Shown here: positions 26,011 through 40,992 of the stretch, piece after piece
Layout: each line of letters opens with the position of its first letter
Numbering within the stretch: position 1 is the first letter of the stretch
Assembly (NCBI GenBank): GCA_951406725.2
Contig: OX597821.1
Location: forward strand, 4,216,001-4,280,000
Length of the DNA: 64,000 nucleotides
Source: Octopus vulgaris
Lineage: Eukaryota
Direction of reading: 5' to 3'
The notes under the pieces: model-generated
What the model was told of the DNA's origin: nothing
What the model saw: the letters and a program-made list of their open reading frames with translations, nothing else
Database searches by the model: none
Position numbers and translations under genes: made by a program

Positions 26011-28041
26011 AGTGTGTAAGTGTATATATATATATATATATATGCATATCATTATGGAAGCATCTTTGAATCATTTAGCAAACATTGCTTCTGAAAAGCA
26101 AGGCCGAGCACACCTGAACGCTTCCTGGGTGAAATACAATTATGAAGCATATAGAGAAGGATATTTCATATTATGACTATGTTTTTGTATAATCTATTCC
26201 AATCATCTTATCACGGCAGCTGAATGAATATCATGAATCATATTTCGCATGAGAATATAAAATAGAAAGAACCAAGCGTTGAGTTGTGAGAAAAGAATTA
26301 TGAAAAGAATTGCGCGACGATTTATCGATATTTTGAATAACATTTTAAATCAGGAAGGATGCTTGCATAAGGAGAATTTCCAATATAAAAATAATTTCAC
26401 TTATAAAACTGAAACCTGGAGCAAACACTTTTGCAATTCCTTCGAAACATGCATAGGCCCTAAATTGCATCTTAAAATGGAGATTTTCTGTGTTATAGAC
26501 CGCTTCGCTTCAAAAACTATTTTGTATCCAATGTTTATGATCGGGTATAGAATTTATTAGAAATATTTCCCCCAAGCATGATATAGATATACCTTACCTA
26601 ATGACAAATTACTCTAATATTCGGAGGAAGAGATAATTGGTTAAATATTACGAAACACGTTTGCCATTATTTTAACGCAGGTGAGCTCAACTTCAATATA
26701 CATATGCTCAAAAGCATTACAGCAATAATCGTTTTCTCTATTTTTAAAGTACTCTATCCCTACGAATATTTTATTCAGATTTCTCATTTCTTTTCGTTTC
26801 GATCCCACAGCTTTTATGATTTACGGCCATTGCCGGTTCTAACCTTGCAAGTCTCTGCATATCTATGCGCAGCAGTATTCAAGGATTTCGCAATGGGCTG
26901 TCACAAAATCATCTTAATGGGATGGATACTGCAAAAACCTTCAGCAACTGTTACAAAATACTTTAAATAGAAATTTCATTGTAGTTGCTGAAGGTTCTAC
27001 GAATTTCCTCTCCATGTCACCGGTTCTAGCCAAGTAAAAACTGCCGCCTTAGCTCCAAAACAGATCGGCAGACTATTAGAATAGGTGATGCTGTAGTGTG
27101 GGTGTATGGCCCGCACACACGCGTAGACGCGCAGGCGCACGCACACACGCGCGCACGGGCGGGCACGTATATACACACACCATCCTACCCCCAAAAATTC
27201 TTTAAACAACACACATCTATTTACACCACCCTGGAACCAATCAAAAACAGCCCCCCCACACACAGACACTAGTATACGTGTATGTGCACGCACACAGGGA
27301 CACACACACTCACACCAATCTCACCTCCATACAGGCACATATATACACACGCAGCACCATGTCAAATGCCATCCACACACATACATGCGTACACACGCAC
27401 ACACACACATACATGCGTACACACGCACACACACACACACAACATCATGACAACCACACACGCGGTTGACAAACAGACACCATCTGACCAAATACTACAG
27501 ACACACAGACACATCTATTCACACCACATGTATATGTATGCACACACACATACACGCAGAGACACACATATTCACCTCATCCAAAATCATTGATGCTTGA
27601 TGGAGAGCCAAAAAAAGAAAAAACGGGTACATCCTTTTCAATTCCACATTTTTTGCTAAAACGGACAGGTCAGTAACAACCTCACCACTACATTAATGTA
27701 AATCTTTTTGAATTCATAATATTCTGTACTGAACTTTTTTTTATAATTCCTCCTGGAAATTACCCTGAGATGTATAATATATTTTTTTAATCTTTTCTGC
27801 CCATTTTTTCAATGAGCTTGTTAAACCTCTTTATATTCTCAACATACTGTTGTACTTTTTTATGTCCTTAACATGTCCCTGTTACCAAAGACTGTATATA
27901 TATATTTAATGTAGCAATTTGCAACAACCAATAATTAACGCAACCAAACTTCCGCATGTTACTTTTGACAATCTTTTTCCAAAGAGTGAAACCGGTAAAG
28001 TAAATAAACATCTTTTAAATTGCATTTTTAAACCTTCTTTC

Positions 28042-28102
<61 letters not shown>

Positions 28103-28829
28103 GTGTTAAATCTTTAACGTGAACGTCTCAGACAAAAATTGCACCACACCATACACGGAGGTAGCGGAGAACTGGGCCAAAAATTATTTTTACCTAAGCA
28201 TCTCACCATCGTCAACCAATTAATCTGAAACTAACTAATAATGATCTGAGGTGCATTTTTTCTATAAAAACTGAATGCAACTTAGACCAAACGAAAGGAA
28301 CATTAAATTTGAAAGCGGTTTGGTACATTAATATGAATAATGTACGATTTATATATACGATAATTATGATAAATAACATTTACCTTACACGCTCAGCTTT
28401 CTTGATGCTAATTATTCGTACAGGTGGTCTATGGTGAAGCAAATTAGATAATTTCAATGAATGTGATAATGCCAAATGGGGAGATAAAAGAAAGAGAATC
28501 ATATATGAACGTCCACGTAATTTTGACAACGCAAACATATATTCAGGTTCACTATTTCATGAAGAAAAGAAGAGTGATAAGGAGAGACGAAGCCGAGTGA
28601 GCGAATATTGTGAGTTTACCTAACAGTAATGAATTTGTATTATTGTAATTATGTAGAGCACATGATTTGCGAATGGCGTCTTAAAATGTACCATGATATA
28701 ACGTGCAGAAATTCGACGATGGGTGGTGTATCTCATTTACTGGTTATTTTACTAAATGATATCAAAGATTCTGTGCACTTCAGTTGAAAACTTGGAATTA
28801 AAGTGGCAACGAAAAGTCAGCGCAATGTA

Positions 28830-28917
<88 letters not shown>

Positions 28918-29097
28918 TAGGTATGTTTGTGTATGTATGTGTGTATATATGCATATATACACATACGTACGTATATATATATATATATGTGTTTGTATGT
29001 GTATGTATATACGTATGCATATACATGTATACATATATATATATTTAAATAAACATATATATACATAAATATATATATACATATATATATATACATA

Positions 29098-29143
<46 letters not shown>

Positions 29144-30181
29144 GATAGGTATGTATATGTATGGGGCACATAAAATTTATACGCAAACGCACGAACTTAT
29201 GTATACTGTTACATATGGAAATTAAAGTGAACGTGTCTTGACATCTTGACTTCCATCATGACGCCAATACTATATACATATTAGCGAACGTACATACGTG
29301 CGCTTGCGCGTGTTGGTATCTCTATGTGTATATTTACGTCTATACGTATGTTTCTGCATACACGCATGGACAGACACACGCACTTACACACACACATTTA
29401 CATCCACTGATATTTGCAAAAATCAAAAAATCGTGGCGTCTGTCTCTTTGAGAACATGTTGTCAGTCTCACAACGTATCGGAGTGGAATACGTCTGTCGT
29501 TTATATTTACAGGAAAGACATTTCAAAGCTCACTCGAATTTCTATTTCTGTTCTAACGAAACAATGAACACTGAAGAATACCTACAAAATGGCGCCAAAA
29601 ATCTCTCCATTTCTTAAACAGAAAATTTGTTTGTTCATATCTGAGACTTTAGTGAGGAATGGCTTCGAAAATATGGCTAGACTAAAAGACGCCGGAAAAT
29701 TAATTGTTTGCGACTAGAATGTACCTTTCAGTCATACAAAACTACGTAACGAAGAAAAATCGTCGCTCGTAAATTCATAAAACCATGTACAAGTCCACTT
29801 ACGTATATACGTCTCAAAAAATATGCGCATAAACACGGGAACACTCTCACGTACACCCAAACACACACACGCACACGCACATATATACACAAATAGAGAA
29901 AGAGAGAGGGAGATAATTTATGTAATTTATATACATACTACTTATAAAGGTAGATGAAGGTGACCTCTCTTTCTCTCCCCCTCTCTCTCTCACACACACA
30001 CATACTGATATTGAATAAATGTCTGACGCAAAAAAAAAAAACAGAAAATATTTAAAATTGTTTAACTACTACTTTAACATTGTAAGACTTTATAAGCATT
30101 CATGTACTGGTAAATGCAGTTATAAAATGTAATAAATTTGTATAATTTACACTGATTGTGTATACGTTCGTAGGTCTTGGC

Positions 30182-30599
30182 CAATGGTTCTCAACCGTTT
30201 TACAGTGGTTTTCCACATTGATTCCCAAACATTTTTATTTAAATGTGTTTTCCTACGGACGCCTTTTTATATGCTTATCCTTATATATACAGGGCGGCCC
30301 AAAAGAAGGTTTACAGTTATTCAAACATCTCTTTCGAATTCATATATTAACAGTTCAGATCTGAATTATAAATAAATAATGAAAACATATCCTATGCTAA
30401 TTTAGCTAATTTTTTCAAGCTTCATTTTCAGTTTGTAAGATAGAAATTTAAATGTAATAAAATGTTTTAAAATGCCTACGCGATAATTGTAAACCTGCTT
30501 TTGGGCAACCTTGTATACACATGAAAATTAGAATTTTGTTCACGGACCGCCACCTTTGCGGTCTAGCAGGCTTCCGGAGACCCCTTCTGGGAATCATTG
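30182..30599. mobile_element. Non-autonomous hAT (Charlie-like) element
   Basis: Termini caatggttctcaac ... tgggaatcattg; 8-bp flanks gtcttggc / gtctacac resemble an NTCTAGAN target duplication. Confidence 0.6.
30290..30513. mobile_element. Tc1/mariner-type MITE nested in the hAT element
   Basis: ~31-bp imperfect TIRs cagggcggcccaaaagaaggtttacagttat / ataattgtaaacctgcttttgggcaaccttg, TA on both sides. Confidence 0.85.
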
Positions 30600-31157
30600 G
30601 TCTACACAGAGAAGTATACTGACCACATGCATTTGTGTCTAATTACTAGATTAATAGACTGGACAAAGAGCTACACACTTCCTTCGTTCTGCATTCAAGT
30701 CTGACCGGAGTGGTCAAATTACTTTTCGGTCTTTCGATTTCGATTGAAAGAATATAAAAATACACCAGTCCTAAATAATAAGTAGCAGAAGTGTTACATC
30801 ATCAGCTTGGATGTCTTGCGATGTTTGTTTCGGATGTTTGCCTTCTGAGGTCAGATCTCGCCTTGTCCTAGTTGTGCGGATATCTAAACTGGTCGCTTGG
30901 CTTAATACGTCATTTAACACCGATTGGTAAATTTAGCGGTGCCAACTGTGCAGCAAGCATTAAGATTACGTCTCCTATTTCAGGAAAGCTTTTTCCTCCC
31001 AATATCACAGGTCCGGTGTTGGATCACGGGGCACAGTCATCACACGCTAACTAATAGAATTCTAAAATTCTTCAGACAACGTACGCGTTCATACTGCCAG
31101 ATCTATCGACAGAAAGAAGGCCAGAATGAATGTTTATATCATTACCTCATGAAAAGC

Positions 31158-31237
31158 ATAATAATAATAACAACAACAACAACAATGATAATGATGATGA
31201 TGATGATGATGATGATATGATGATGATGATGATAACA
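31158..31237. repeat. Compound (AAT)n(AAC)n(GAT)n microsatellite
   Basis: Visible. Confidence 0.95.
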
Positions 31238-31479
31238 ATCGTTTATAAAATTCTAAAATATAGCCGTATATTACTCTTATGTGAGAAGGGGCTAGCAGAA
31301 ACAATATCTTCCCAGAGTTCAATTGTAATATTTACAGAGAACTCTTGCACGTTCACTTAAACAAAACCACATAATGTTACACACGCACGCGCGCGCACAA
31401 ATACAAACACACACTTATACACACACAGACACAGTAGAGAAAGGAATACTCTATGTGAGTGTGAGAGAGAAAGAGAGGG

Positions 31480-31816
<337 letters not shown>

Positions 31817-32369
31817 CTACGTATATTGTGAAAGAATCTTAATGCTCTCAAAGTAAACAGGAAGATAATTGGCAATGCTCTTAGAGATCTATTTCGGGCT
31901 AATTGTTTCTCAGAAGATACGGAACGCCACCATTACTCACCTACGGAGAGATCTTTTGACCTAAATCGCTATATATAACCAAAGAATAATGGGACATCTT
32001 CTTTGAGGAGGCACAATTACCATGAACCATACCTGTAAGAAAATTCCCAATTATTCGTCTCTTTACTTAGATGGTAAAAGGATGTTTTTACACCATTTCA
32101 ATAACGACGGCTAAAGGCTTTCAAATATATAAATCCAGAGCTCTGAGGCTACATACACATAAAAGGTGTGCGTGCTTATGAGTGTTTCTCTGTATATGTA
32201 TGTATTTATATATACATATTTATGCGTACACAAACACACATCTCTGTCTGTTTGTCTGTCTATCTATCTATATGAAATATAGATGAAATATATATGTATC
32301 AAAGCACACACACACTCATGATATATATTACAGATTATATATATGTTTATATATATATATATGTATGCA

Positions 32370-32450
<81 letters not shown>

Positions 32451-32455
<5 letters not shown>

Positions 32456-32730
32456 ATCCAAACAAGAAAACACAGAAAAAAAGAGAAAAAAACACAGCAA
32501 CGCAGGACGTGGAACAATTAAAGTATTATTGATGCTCAGGAAAGAAGGGAAGGAGGGTTTAACGTTTCGAGCGGAGCTCTTCGTCGGAAACAAGGAGAGA
32601 TCCCAAGAAGGGAAGACAGAGGAAAAAATATTTGAGCTGGTGGTGCTCGAGAGATCACATATATATAAAGTTAATCCAAACATGAAAACACAAAGAGAAA
32701 ACACAACAACGCGATGACGTGGAACATATA
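32451..32730 (-). mobile_element. Short hammerhead-bearing element, 1.3 tandem units
   Basis: gttaatccaaac...acgtggaaca occurs at 32452 and again at 32670; hammerhead-like core at 32557-32591 (minus); homologs at 55484, 56805 and 60744. Confidence 0.8.
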
Positions 32731-33229
32731 AATATATATACATATACAGTAGTTTGAAGCGCATAAAAAACAATTCTGCAATACGAATTCACCGAGCTTT
32801 CCAAAGCGACTGTTGTTTTGTAAAGAGAGAACCATTAAACCAGCAGCAAACAGGGAAGAGCAGAACGAGAGTGTAACTAATTTTACGTTTTACCAAGCGG
32901 AAGGCGGAGGTATTTCCATGCAATTTCTTTTATTCCTGATCCATTATGCAGTAAGAGTTAAGAATTCCTTTAAGTTAAGAGTTTAATTCTTCTGGGCAGT
33001 TAAAATTTTGTGTGCATATGAAATAGTTTGCTTAAAACATGACGCAAGAATAGTATCACTGCTGAACGTATGATGTCATATTTCATCATCTTGCATTGCT
33101 TTTGGAAGGAACGATAATGATTTGCGTTATGCATGGACATGAGAAAATATTTCAGCAGAAGGCCAACGATGATTTTAAATAATAAAAAAATAACCATTGG
33201 TTTGTTGTAAATTCATTTGTTTATGCAAA

Positions 33230-33835
33230 GTGGATTCTTGAAGAATAAGATTATTCCGATTGAAATCAAGCGCAAGGGGGCGATCCCGGAACCATCTTTA
33301 AATTTCGGTATAGCAAGTGGGAGAGAAAGCATGAAGGTAAACGGATCCTTGCTAAATACTGTCGAAACAGATGACGAGATATTTCTGCACAACAGTGGTT
33401 CTCTGGCCTGAAACGACCAAGAAAATTATTTTGATTGAGCTCTCAGACCCGTAGGAAGAAGGGTGTCATCAGGCCCACGAACTAAAGCGTTTCAAGTATG
33501 AGAATCGTCTGCAGGTTTGAAGGGAGCACAAAATGGTAGTTATGGCTTTTCCCAGTCGATGTTGGTTATAGAAGGTTCCCTCTCCAGTCGGTATGGAGGA
33601 TGCTTACAGCCATTAGAAGGAAAGAAGGGAAGCGTGACTCCACACAGAATGGGAGAGGCAGCAGAAAGAGCCTCTAGTTGATTATGGAGTAAGAGAGAGG
33701 AGTTAATCAGGAAGCCAGGCAGAATTGAGGAGCAGTGATGGGTTCATGTCTACTGATCCACCAACGGGAGGATGTTACGGTTTAGTGGGAAAACACTCGA
33801 TAAACGTTGAACACCGTCTCATGACATCAGCTCCT
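33230..33835 (+). mobile_element. Decayed RLE-type (HERO-like) non-LTR retrotransposon 3' end
   Basis: Frameshifted reading VVLWPETTKKIILIELSDP*EEGCHQAHELKRFKYE...FPVDVG...QSVWRMLTA...MGEAAERASS*LWSKREE fits a restriction-like endonuclease C-terminus. Confidence 0.8.
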
Positions 33836-34382
33836 TCTGCCCAAAGCTCCATTCGCTTCCGCGTTCGGAAAAAAGCACTTTTTTTCTCGGTGATATAAAA
33901 ACATAACACACACACAGAGGAAGACATACACACACAAAGATACAAATATTACAGATATAAGAAATATATCATTTTTCATCACAGAAAACTAGGTTTCCGA
34001 TTTAGTTTACATCCTATTTATTACAATTATCAATTATGTAACACCCATTCTTTAATGCCAGATTGGTGTTACGCTCGCGTGCATCAGGATGCTTTCCATT
34101 AGATGCCTTCTTGAATGCCTACGTGTAACAATGTGATTAAGACAATAAATTATTCCCGATTTCTATTAAAATTTTGCCTATTCGTTCGCATATAATCTTT
34201 AACGATAATGCGAGTATATTACTTTTCCCGAGAAAAATCTTGTTTACTACTTCTCCATTTCACACACACATAAGTATATTAATTCTCTCTCTCTCTCTCT
34301 CTCCCTATATATATATATATATATACATATCAGATATAACGCATTGTGACGCACACATTTGAAATATGTCATACACATACAT

Positions 34383-34442
<60 letters not shown>

Positions 34443-35050
34443 CTATTTGTATCTAGATATATATATATATATATATATATATATCCATCTATACATATAT
34501 CCGTAGTGTGTTTGTATGTGTGTGTGTGTGTTTGTGCATATATGTGTGTGTATAAATATATATGTGTACTTGTACGTATGTATGTATGTGAAGAGGGAAT
34601 ATAAGTGGCATAGAGATAGAAACAGGGAGAATATATATGATTCTGTAATATAAATATCGAAGTTTTTCGTTTACAACATCAAAGAAAATCTTACTAAACA
34701 TATTTTATAAAAGTACGTTGATAATACTTAATAATTATGTATATAGGTTACGTGAGAGCTTTTACTGTAGCAGATAGGCAAACGAATCAGTATTATTTGT
34801 GATTGATATTTCAAATCTCATAACACATATGCGAGTTACTTCGGGTTTGTTGTTAACTGAGAAATAGTTGATAAATATATATATTAGTGAATGGCTGCAA
34901 TGTTTTATAAAACTATTAATGCAGCTATTTTTATCTTTGTAGATTAATACACACACACACTCACACACGCCCGGACACATATATATACATTATTGCAAAC
35001 TTACTTTCATAAATATCTGAAAATGGTTGCGTGTGTATATATATATACAC

Positions 35051-35152
<102 letters not shown>

Positions 35153-35207
35153 TCGATATGAGAGTGTAGAATATATTTGGTATTCACGCCTTTACACAGA
35201 GATATGA

Positions 35208-35251
<44 letters not shown>

Positions 35252-36230
35252 GTATATATACATATATATGTATATATATAGATACGTAGAGAGAGACAGA
35301 TAGCTTGATAAATTGGTGATAGATAGTTACGTGCTAGCATTCGTACATATAGAATTAATGTGTGTGTTACCCTGCATATGTGTGTACGTGTAGATATATA
35401 AGGATAATTCAAAAGCTCTTTCTTTTTTACATTCAATAGTAAGCCCTTGTTATCAGTAATGTGGCTGATCTCATTTAGTATATATTATTGTACAATCTGA
35501 TGAAAATTTCTAGATCAGTTGCGTGACGTATGAAATTACTTATCGTTCTACCATTTGATATTTTGAACGAATTTCTTTGAACCGTACATTATCTAATACC
35601 AAATTTCTAAATGATAAAAGAAATGGTTCTTTTTGTAAGTATGAGTCTACTATAGTTCCCCATTTATTTTCACATTTCCAGAAAAGATCTTTTATAAAGA
35701 TATAACTTCGCTGAAGTTCATAGTAATTTCCTTATGCCGCTGAATTACTAGTTCGTCAGAATGTATCAATGGTTGAAATAAAATATGGTATGCTTTATCT
35801 CTGATTAATATTTTCCGAAGGGTCGATACGAGCAACCAATTTTTAGGAGAGTTTACCCCTAGGACAGTGGATTTCGCATCATGGTTTTGATTCTAGTTTA
35901 TAAAAGATATTGTTTAATGCAAAATATTACTGGCCAGAGGAAAGAAGTGAGCGATTATAAGTTGATTTATATCTGAATAAGAAGAAGAAAAATAAAAAAA
36001 TTAAAATCCTTTTTGTGGTGCGTGACATTGAGCGATGGTGTTTTAACTGGATCGTTTCAAACTAGGAATATTAATGTGTACAATGTCTGCGCAATTCCCG
36101 ATTAAAATTGAATAAAATATAGATTCCATCACTTTCTCTCACACATTTGTCTATCTATCTCTATATATATATCTATACAAACTTACAATCACATATACAC
36201 ACATATATATATATGTGTGTGTGTGCGAGT

Positions 36231-36282
<52 letters not shown>

Positions 36283-36289
36283 AAATCGA

Positions 36290-38440
36290 GTTTCAGCTTG
36301 AAAACTGCGGTCATGCTGGGGCATCAACTGTGGTTCCACTACATCTTCACTCTTTGAAACCTCTGATATATGACATTTGGTAAATGAGGAACATTGATGC
36401 TGTTGGCCTTATCCATGTTCCCTTCCACGTAGGTGCATGCGTAGTCTTTGACAGTTGGAAATGCAGTTTTCGTTTCAACAAACCTACATCCAAGTCATGT
36501 AAGTTTTTCAGGCTTTCTGGAATGATATTAAACAACTGCAGGCCCTTGAAACCCAAGGTGTGCCAGTATTTGGTCTGTATCTTGAAGATAATATTGTAAT
36601 CCATGGTTCTATGCAGTGGCGCCCATTCTGTAATTTGTGGAACTTACAATGCCAGAGTTTGGGACAAGATCCTTGCACGACCATCAAGACGTGTATCCTT
36701 GCATACCTTTCCCGCCTTCGTTGGAGTGAAGAGAGTCTTAACGTTTTCAATCTTTCGCAGTAGCTCTTTTGTTGCATTGAGATGATTTTCTTTGCGTAGT
36801 TCTGTCGTTAATTTTACACTGTATGATATCAATAGTAGGGAAGAGTATTGTAAGCGGCTGAGGATGTATGTGCTTCACCAGACCATCATGTTTACCGGTT
36901 AGCCATCTGAATCGTTTTGCCAACTTGGAAAGATGCGTCATTACTTATGTCACTGCCCAAGTCACAAATAGATTTTGACACAGAGATTGCAATTCCTACT
37001 GAGCCTGTGTATCATGTCTGCATTTCGTTCAGCCTTTTACTGCTGGTAGTGCAGGCATTGACATTTTCCAGCATTAAACTGCATGTTATTGTCCTCGTCC
37101 TACTTCGTTCAGCTCTCGTTGTAAGTGCGCGATATTTCCATGGTGCTGTACCGTCCGAGAGACTTTTGTGTCTGAGCAGGTGAGGGGATGTCTAAGAAGG
37201 ATGCTATGAATAGCAATGGCCCTAAAACAGTGCCCTGTGGAATATCTTTCACTGTTGTGTTTCCTTTGGGGTGGCTCCATTGGTCACTATTGCCTGACTT
37301 TTAGAAAGATGTATAACCACTCCCCAAATTTTCCGATTAGGGCAAAATAACTCACTCTGTGACTCATCACAAAATTTATCAAAGGATTTTGGAAAGTCGA
37401 GATATATCATGTCTACGTATGAGTTGTTGAGCAACTGATTTAACACCTATTCGTAGTGATGTAAGAGGTCTGACAGTGTCTACCTGGACGAAAACCGTGA
37501 TGGGTGTCAGTCAGCAATGTCCTCTCTTCAAAGAACACAGTTATCTGCAGGCTATTCGTTCCATGTCTTTGCTGATGTATGAAATCAGAGGTAGATAGAT
37601 ATATAGCTAGATAGATAAAGAGAGAGGGAAAGAGAGAGAGACCTATAAATTATTGTATTTACTTTCCCCCTTTGTGGATAGGGCTTGTTATTTTTTCCAT
37701 CAATTTGTTTGGGAGCTCACAAGTTGCAAGCAAACTCTAAAAAGAAACAAAAAGCTGCATGGTTCTGAAAGAGATAGTTTGCATGATTGATGCAAGCTCC
37801 AACAATATTGTTTACAGGTGTGACCTCTTTCTGCCTTTAAGAGGTTTGTTCAGGCGGTTTGCAACCTTTTTGTCCGTCGTCTCTTAAGAATTTTACTCAC
37901 CCTAAGGAATTTGTTCTTATGTGTTTTGGCCTATTGCTCTGGTATGGATTTGGCTGGCGTTAGGAACATTTATGTTTCCTGATAATATCAAATGTGGAGG
38001 GAGAATTAGGTGAACCCTGTTCGAGAATCTCTTTCTCGGTTGATTTCCAGTCAGCTTTATGAAAGTTTGGACTGGAGATATGTTGTGTGCTTTGTATACA
38101 CTGTATGTTTGCAGGTGTATATAGAGAGCTCCATCATGTTGTGATACGGTACTAGTGTATGGTCACATAGGTAATGATGCCCATATTGTTTGTGAATCAG
38201 AAATATAGCATATTATTTGCCCTGGTTGGTTGGAGCTTTCACTGAATGAATTATTGGTAAGGTTGAGCAGGGGACCACAAGCGCCTATGTCAATCTTCAG
38301 AGGGCTATTCGCTCGGGTCATCCCACATTACGGAAGTTGAAGTTATCCAAAAGGAATACACTGTTGTGTTGCTCCAGCTTCGCGAGAGCTCCTGCTTTTA
38401 CGTGGCCGTGTGATTTGGATAATCAATTGGGCCATATGTA
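36290..38440 (-). mobile_element. Old, heavily mutated CR1-type LINE
   Basis: SYCERLKTLRLSSLQRRRERYA, VDMIYLDFPKSFDK, EN remnants near 38130-38350; 3' stem-loop motif at 36290-36325. Confidence 0.92.
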
Positions 38441-39299
38441 GTAGAAATAATAACAAATGTGTTTTCTTTATACAATTTAAGGATACAGTTTCACGTACTG
38501 AATTTCAATGAGAGCATGACAAGTGGCGTGAGGTCTTCTCGTATATACACTGCAACTCCACCGTAGTGGAGTATCCCACCCGTATTACAACATATTTCAG
38601 TATGCATATCCAGACAGATATGTATCCAAATAGATTATATATATATATATGCATACAGTGAGAGAGAAAGACATGAAGACAGAGAACGAGAGAGAAAGAG
38701 AAATGCTTAGCTCTAATTGCGCGATGGAGGTTAGGCAAAAGAGGAAATCTTAAAATAAAAATTGTCACTGAAGTAAACGGAAATTTTATTGAGTACCTCA
38801 TAAGTAATGAACCATTGTTAAATTATTGCACAAGGTATTTGAATCGATATCCCTCTATATAGCAGCAACTTCGTAGGATATAATTTGAAAGGCCGTCCTC
38901 GATTGCAGATAAATTGCAAAATTTATATGTGACGTTGCATTGAAGCTAATATATATTTTTGTAGAACACTGCTTCATTCAAAATAACTGAAACATGAATA
39001 AACGAGTAAGGTAGATAAATCAACATTTACTTATTTAAGAGGCTTTAACTAAGTTAGCTGATGTGGAAGCATGGCTTTGTTCTATTTATCAAAAAAAGAA
39101 ACACATCAGTTATCCATCTACAGATTAAAACAGCATTATATATTGTCTCGATATCTGTTTACATACTAAACAATATCGCAGCTTATGGTGGTTATATTAA
39201 CCAAACCAAGAACAAAACCAAAACTTAATCAATACGCTGATAAATGTTTTTTCCCGTGATTCAAACAAAACGGCGTAACATTAAGTGAGACATATTTTC

Positions 39300-39318
39300 T
39301 TCACACACACACACATAA

Positions 39319-39351
<33 letters not shown>

Positions 39352-39531
39352 CATAGATTATACATATATATATATACATATGTACATATATATATACACA
39401 TATATGCATATATACATATATATATATACATATATAGATATATACATATGTACATATATATATACACATATATGCATATATACATATATATATGCATATA
39501 TACATATATATATATATACATAAATATATAT

Positions 39532-39588
<57 letters not shown>

Positions 39589-39700
39589 CATATATTTATA
39601 TATACATGCATACAAACATAGATATGTATATGAATATATTATATATGTATGCATGTATGTATGTATATATGAATGCATGTATGCATGCAATCATGTATAT
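39300..39700. repeat. (CA)n/(TA)n array
   Basis: Visible. Confidence 0.95.
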
Positions 39701-40005
39701 ACATCTTGGTGTTCTTCAGCATACAATTTTCTCACCCGCAGGTTTCCTTCTTTATATCAATTTAGCAAAATGATAATATGAAGGCAAGAAATATATCCGT
39801 TTGTGTTTTTCATAAAGAGGTATTATGAATATAAGCAATTTTACTCATCAAATTTCGAATAAATTATAACCGAGGAATATAAAATTATATTTAGTCATTC
39901 ATGGAAACTCGTTTCCATTTTCGAAAGACAACATCCGAATGTATTTGGAATTTTTATATGTAATCAAATATTGCAACGATATGTGTATTCAGGTATGGAT
40001 GTATT

Positions 40006-40386
40006 CATTTATGTATGTTTTCTTTCTCTTTTCAAATTAAACTAAGATTTGACCGGCCACCAACTTGGTATGGAGATTGTGATGGAAAGTATCTTGATTT
40101 CACCGTCATCCTGTATACTCTAGGAAGGTCTTTCAGATTATTTTGCAGTGATCCAGAAGGATTTGCATTCTCAAAGCAGGATTTCAAGTTCAACCATTTA
40201 TGTATGTTTTCTTTCTCTTTTCAAATTAAACTAAGATTTGACCGGCCACCAACTTGGTATGGAGATTGTGATGGAAAGTATCTTGATTTCACCGTCATCC
40301 TGTATACTCTAGGAAGGTCTTTCAGATTATTTTGCAGTGATCCAGAAGGATTTGCATTCTCAAAGCAGGATTTCAAGTTCAACCAT
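40006..40386. repeat. Perfect 189-bp tandem duplication
   Basis: Units start at 40006 and 40195, with cat microhomology at the junctions. Confidence 0.97.
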
Positions 40387-40406
40387 ACCTTGCTCCAGAC
40401 GGGTTG
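40236..40406 (+). CDS. Candidate internal exon of an unidentified host gene (171 bp, phase 2-2)
   Basis: Pyrimidine tract ttttctttctcttttc...taag, open frame FDRPPTWYGDCDGKYLDFTVILYTLGRSFRLFCSDPEGFAFSKQDFKFNHTLLQTG, donor TG|gtatgc. Confidence 0.45.
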
Positions 40407-40439
40407 GTATGCATCTTATTGCTGCAATAATTCTTTTAT

Positions 40440-40700
40440 TCGTTTATTTGTTTCAGTCATTTGACTGCGGTCATACTCGAGCACCGGCTTTAGTCGAGCA
40501 AATCGACCTCAGGAATTATAAGTTGTAAGTCTAGTACTTACAAATAGTAGTATTCGACTCTTTTACTGAAGTACTAAGTTACGGGGACGTAAACACACCA
40601 GTATCGGTTGTCAAGCGATATCGGAGGGACAAATACACATACAAATACATGCACATACGAGACACAAATATACACACATACAAGACACGCATCTGAAAGT
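40440..40700 (-). mobile_element. SINE family B, 3' half
   Basis: tgtttcagtcatttgactgcgg...aagttacggggacgtaaacacaccagtatcggttgtcaagc matches 53870-54070. Confidence 0.88.
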
Positions 40701-40852
40701 GTATCTTGGGCACTGAAGGGGCAACATTTCTATCAAAGATCCATAGATGTCCACATTTTTGTATGTATGTATTTATGTATGAATGTACGTATGTACGTAT
40801 ATGTGTGTTTGTGTGTTTGTGTAACTATGCATTGATCTATGTATGCATAGAA

Positions 40853-40854
<2 letters not shown>

Positions 40855-40883
<29 letters not shown>

Positions 40884-40992
40884 TGTAGGTATGTATGTAT
40901 GTATGTATGATGTATGTATGTATGTATGTATGTATGTATGTATGTATGTATGTACGTATGATGTATGTATGTATGTATGTATGTATGTATGT
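40855..40992. repeat. (TATG)n array
   Basis: Visible. Confidence 0.97.
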
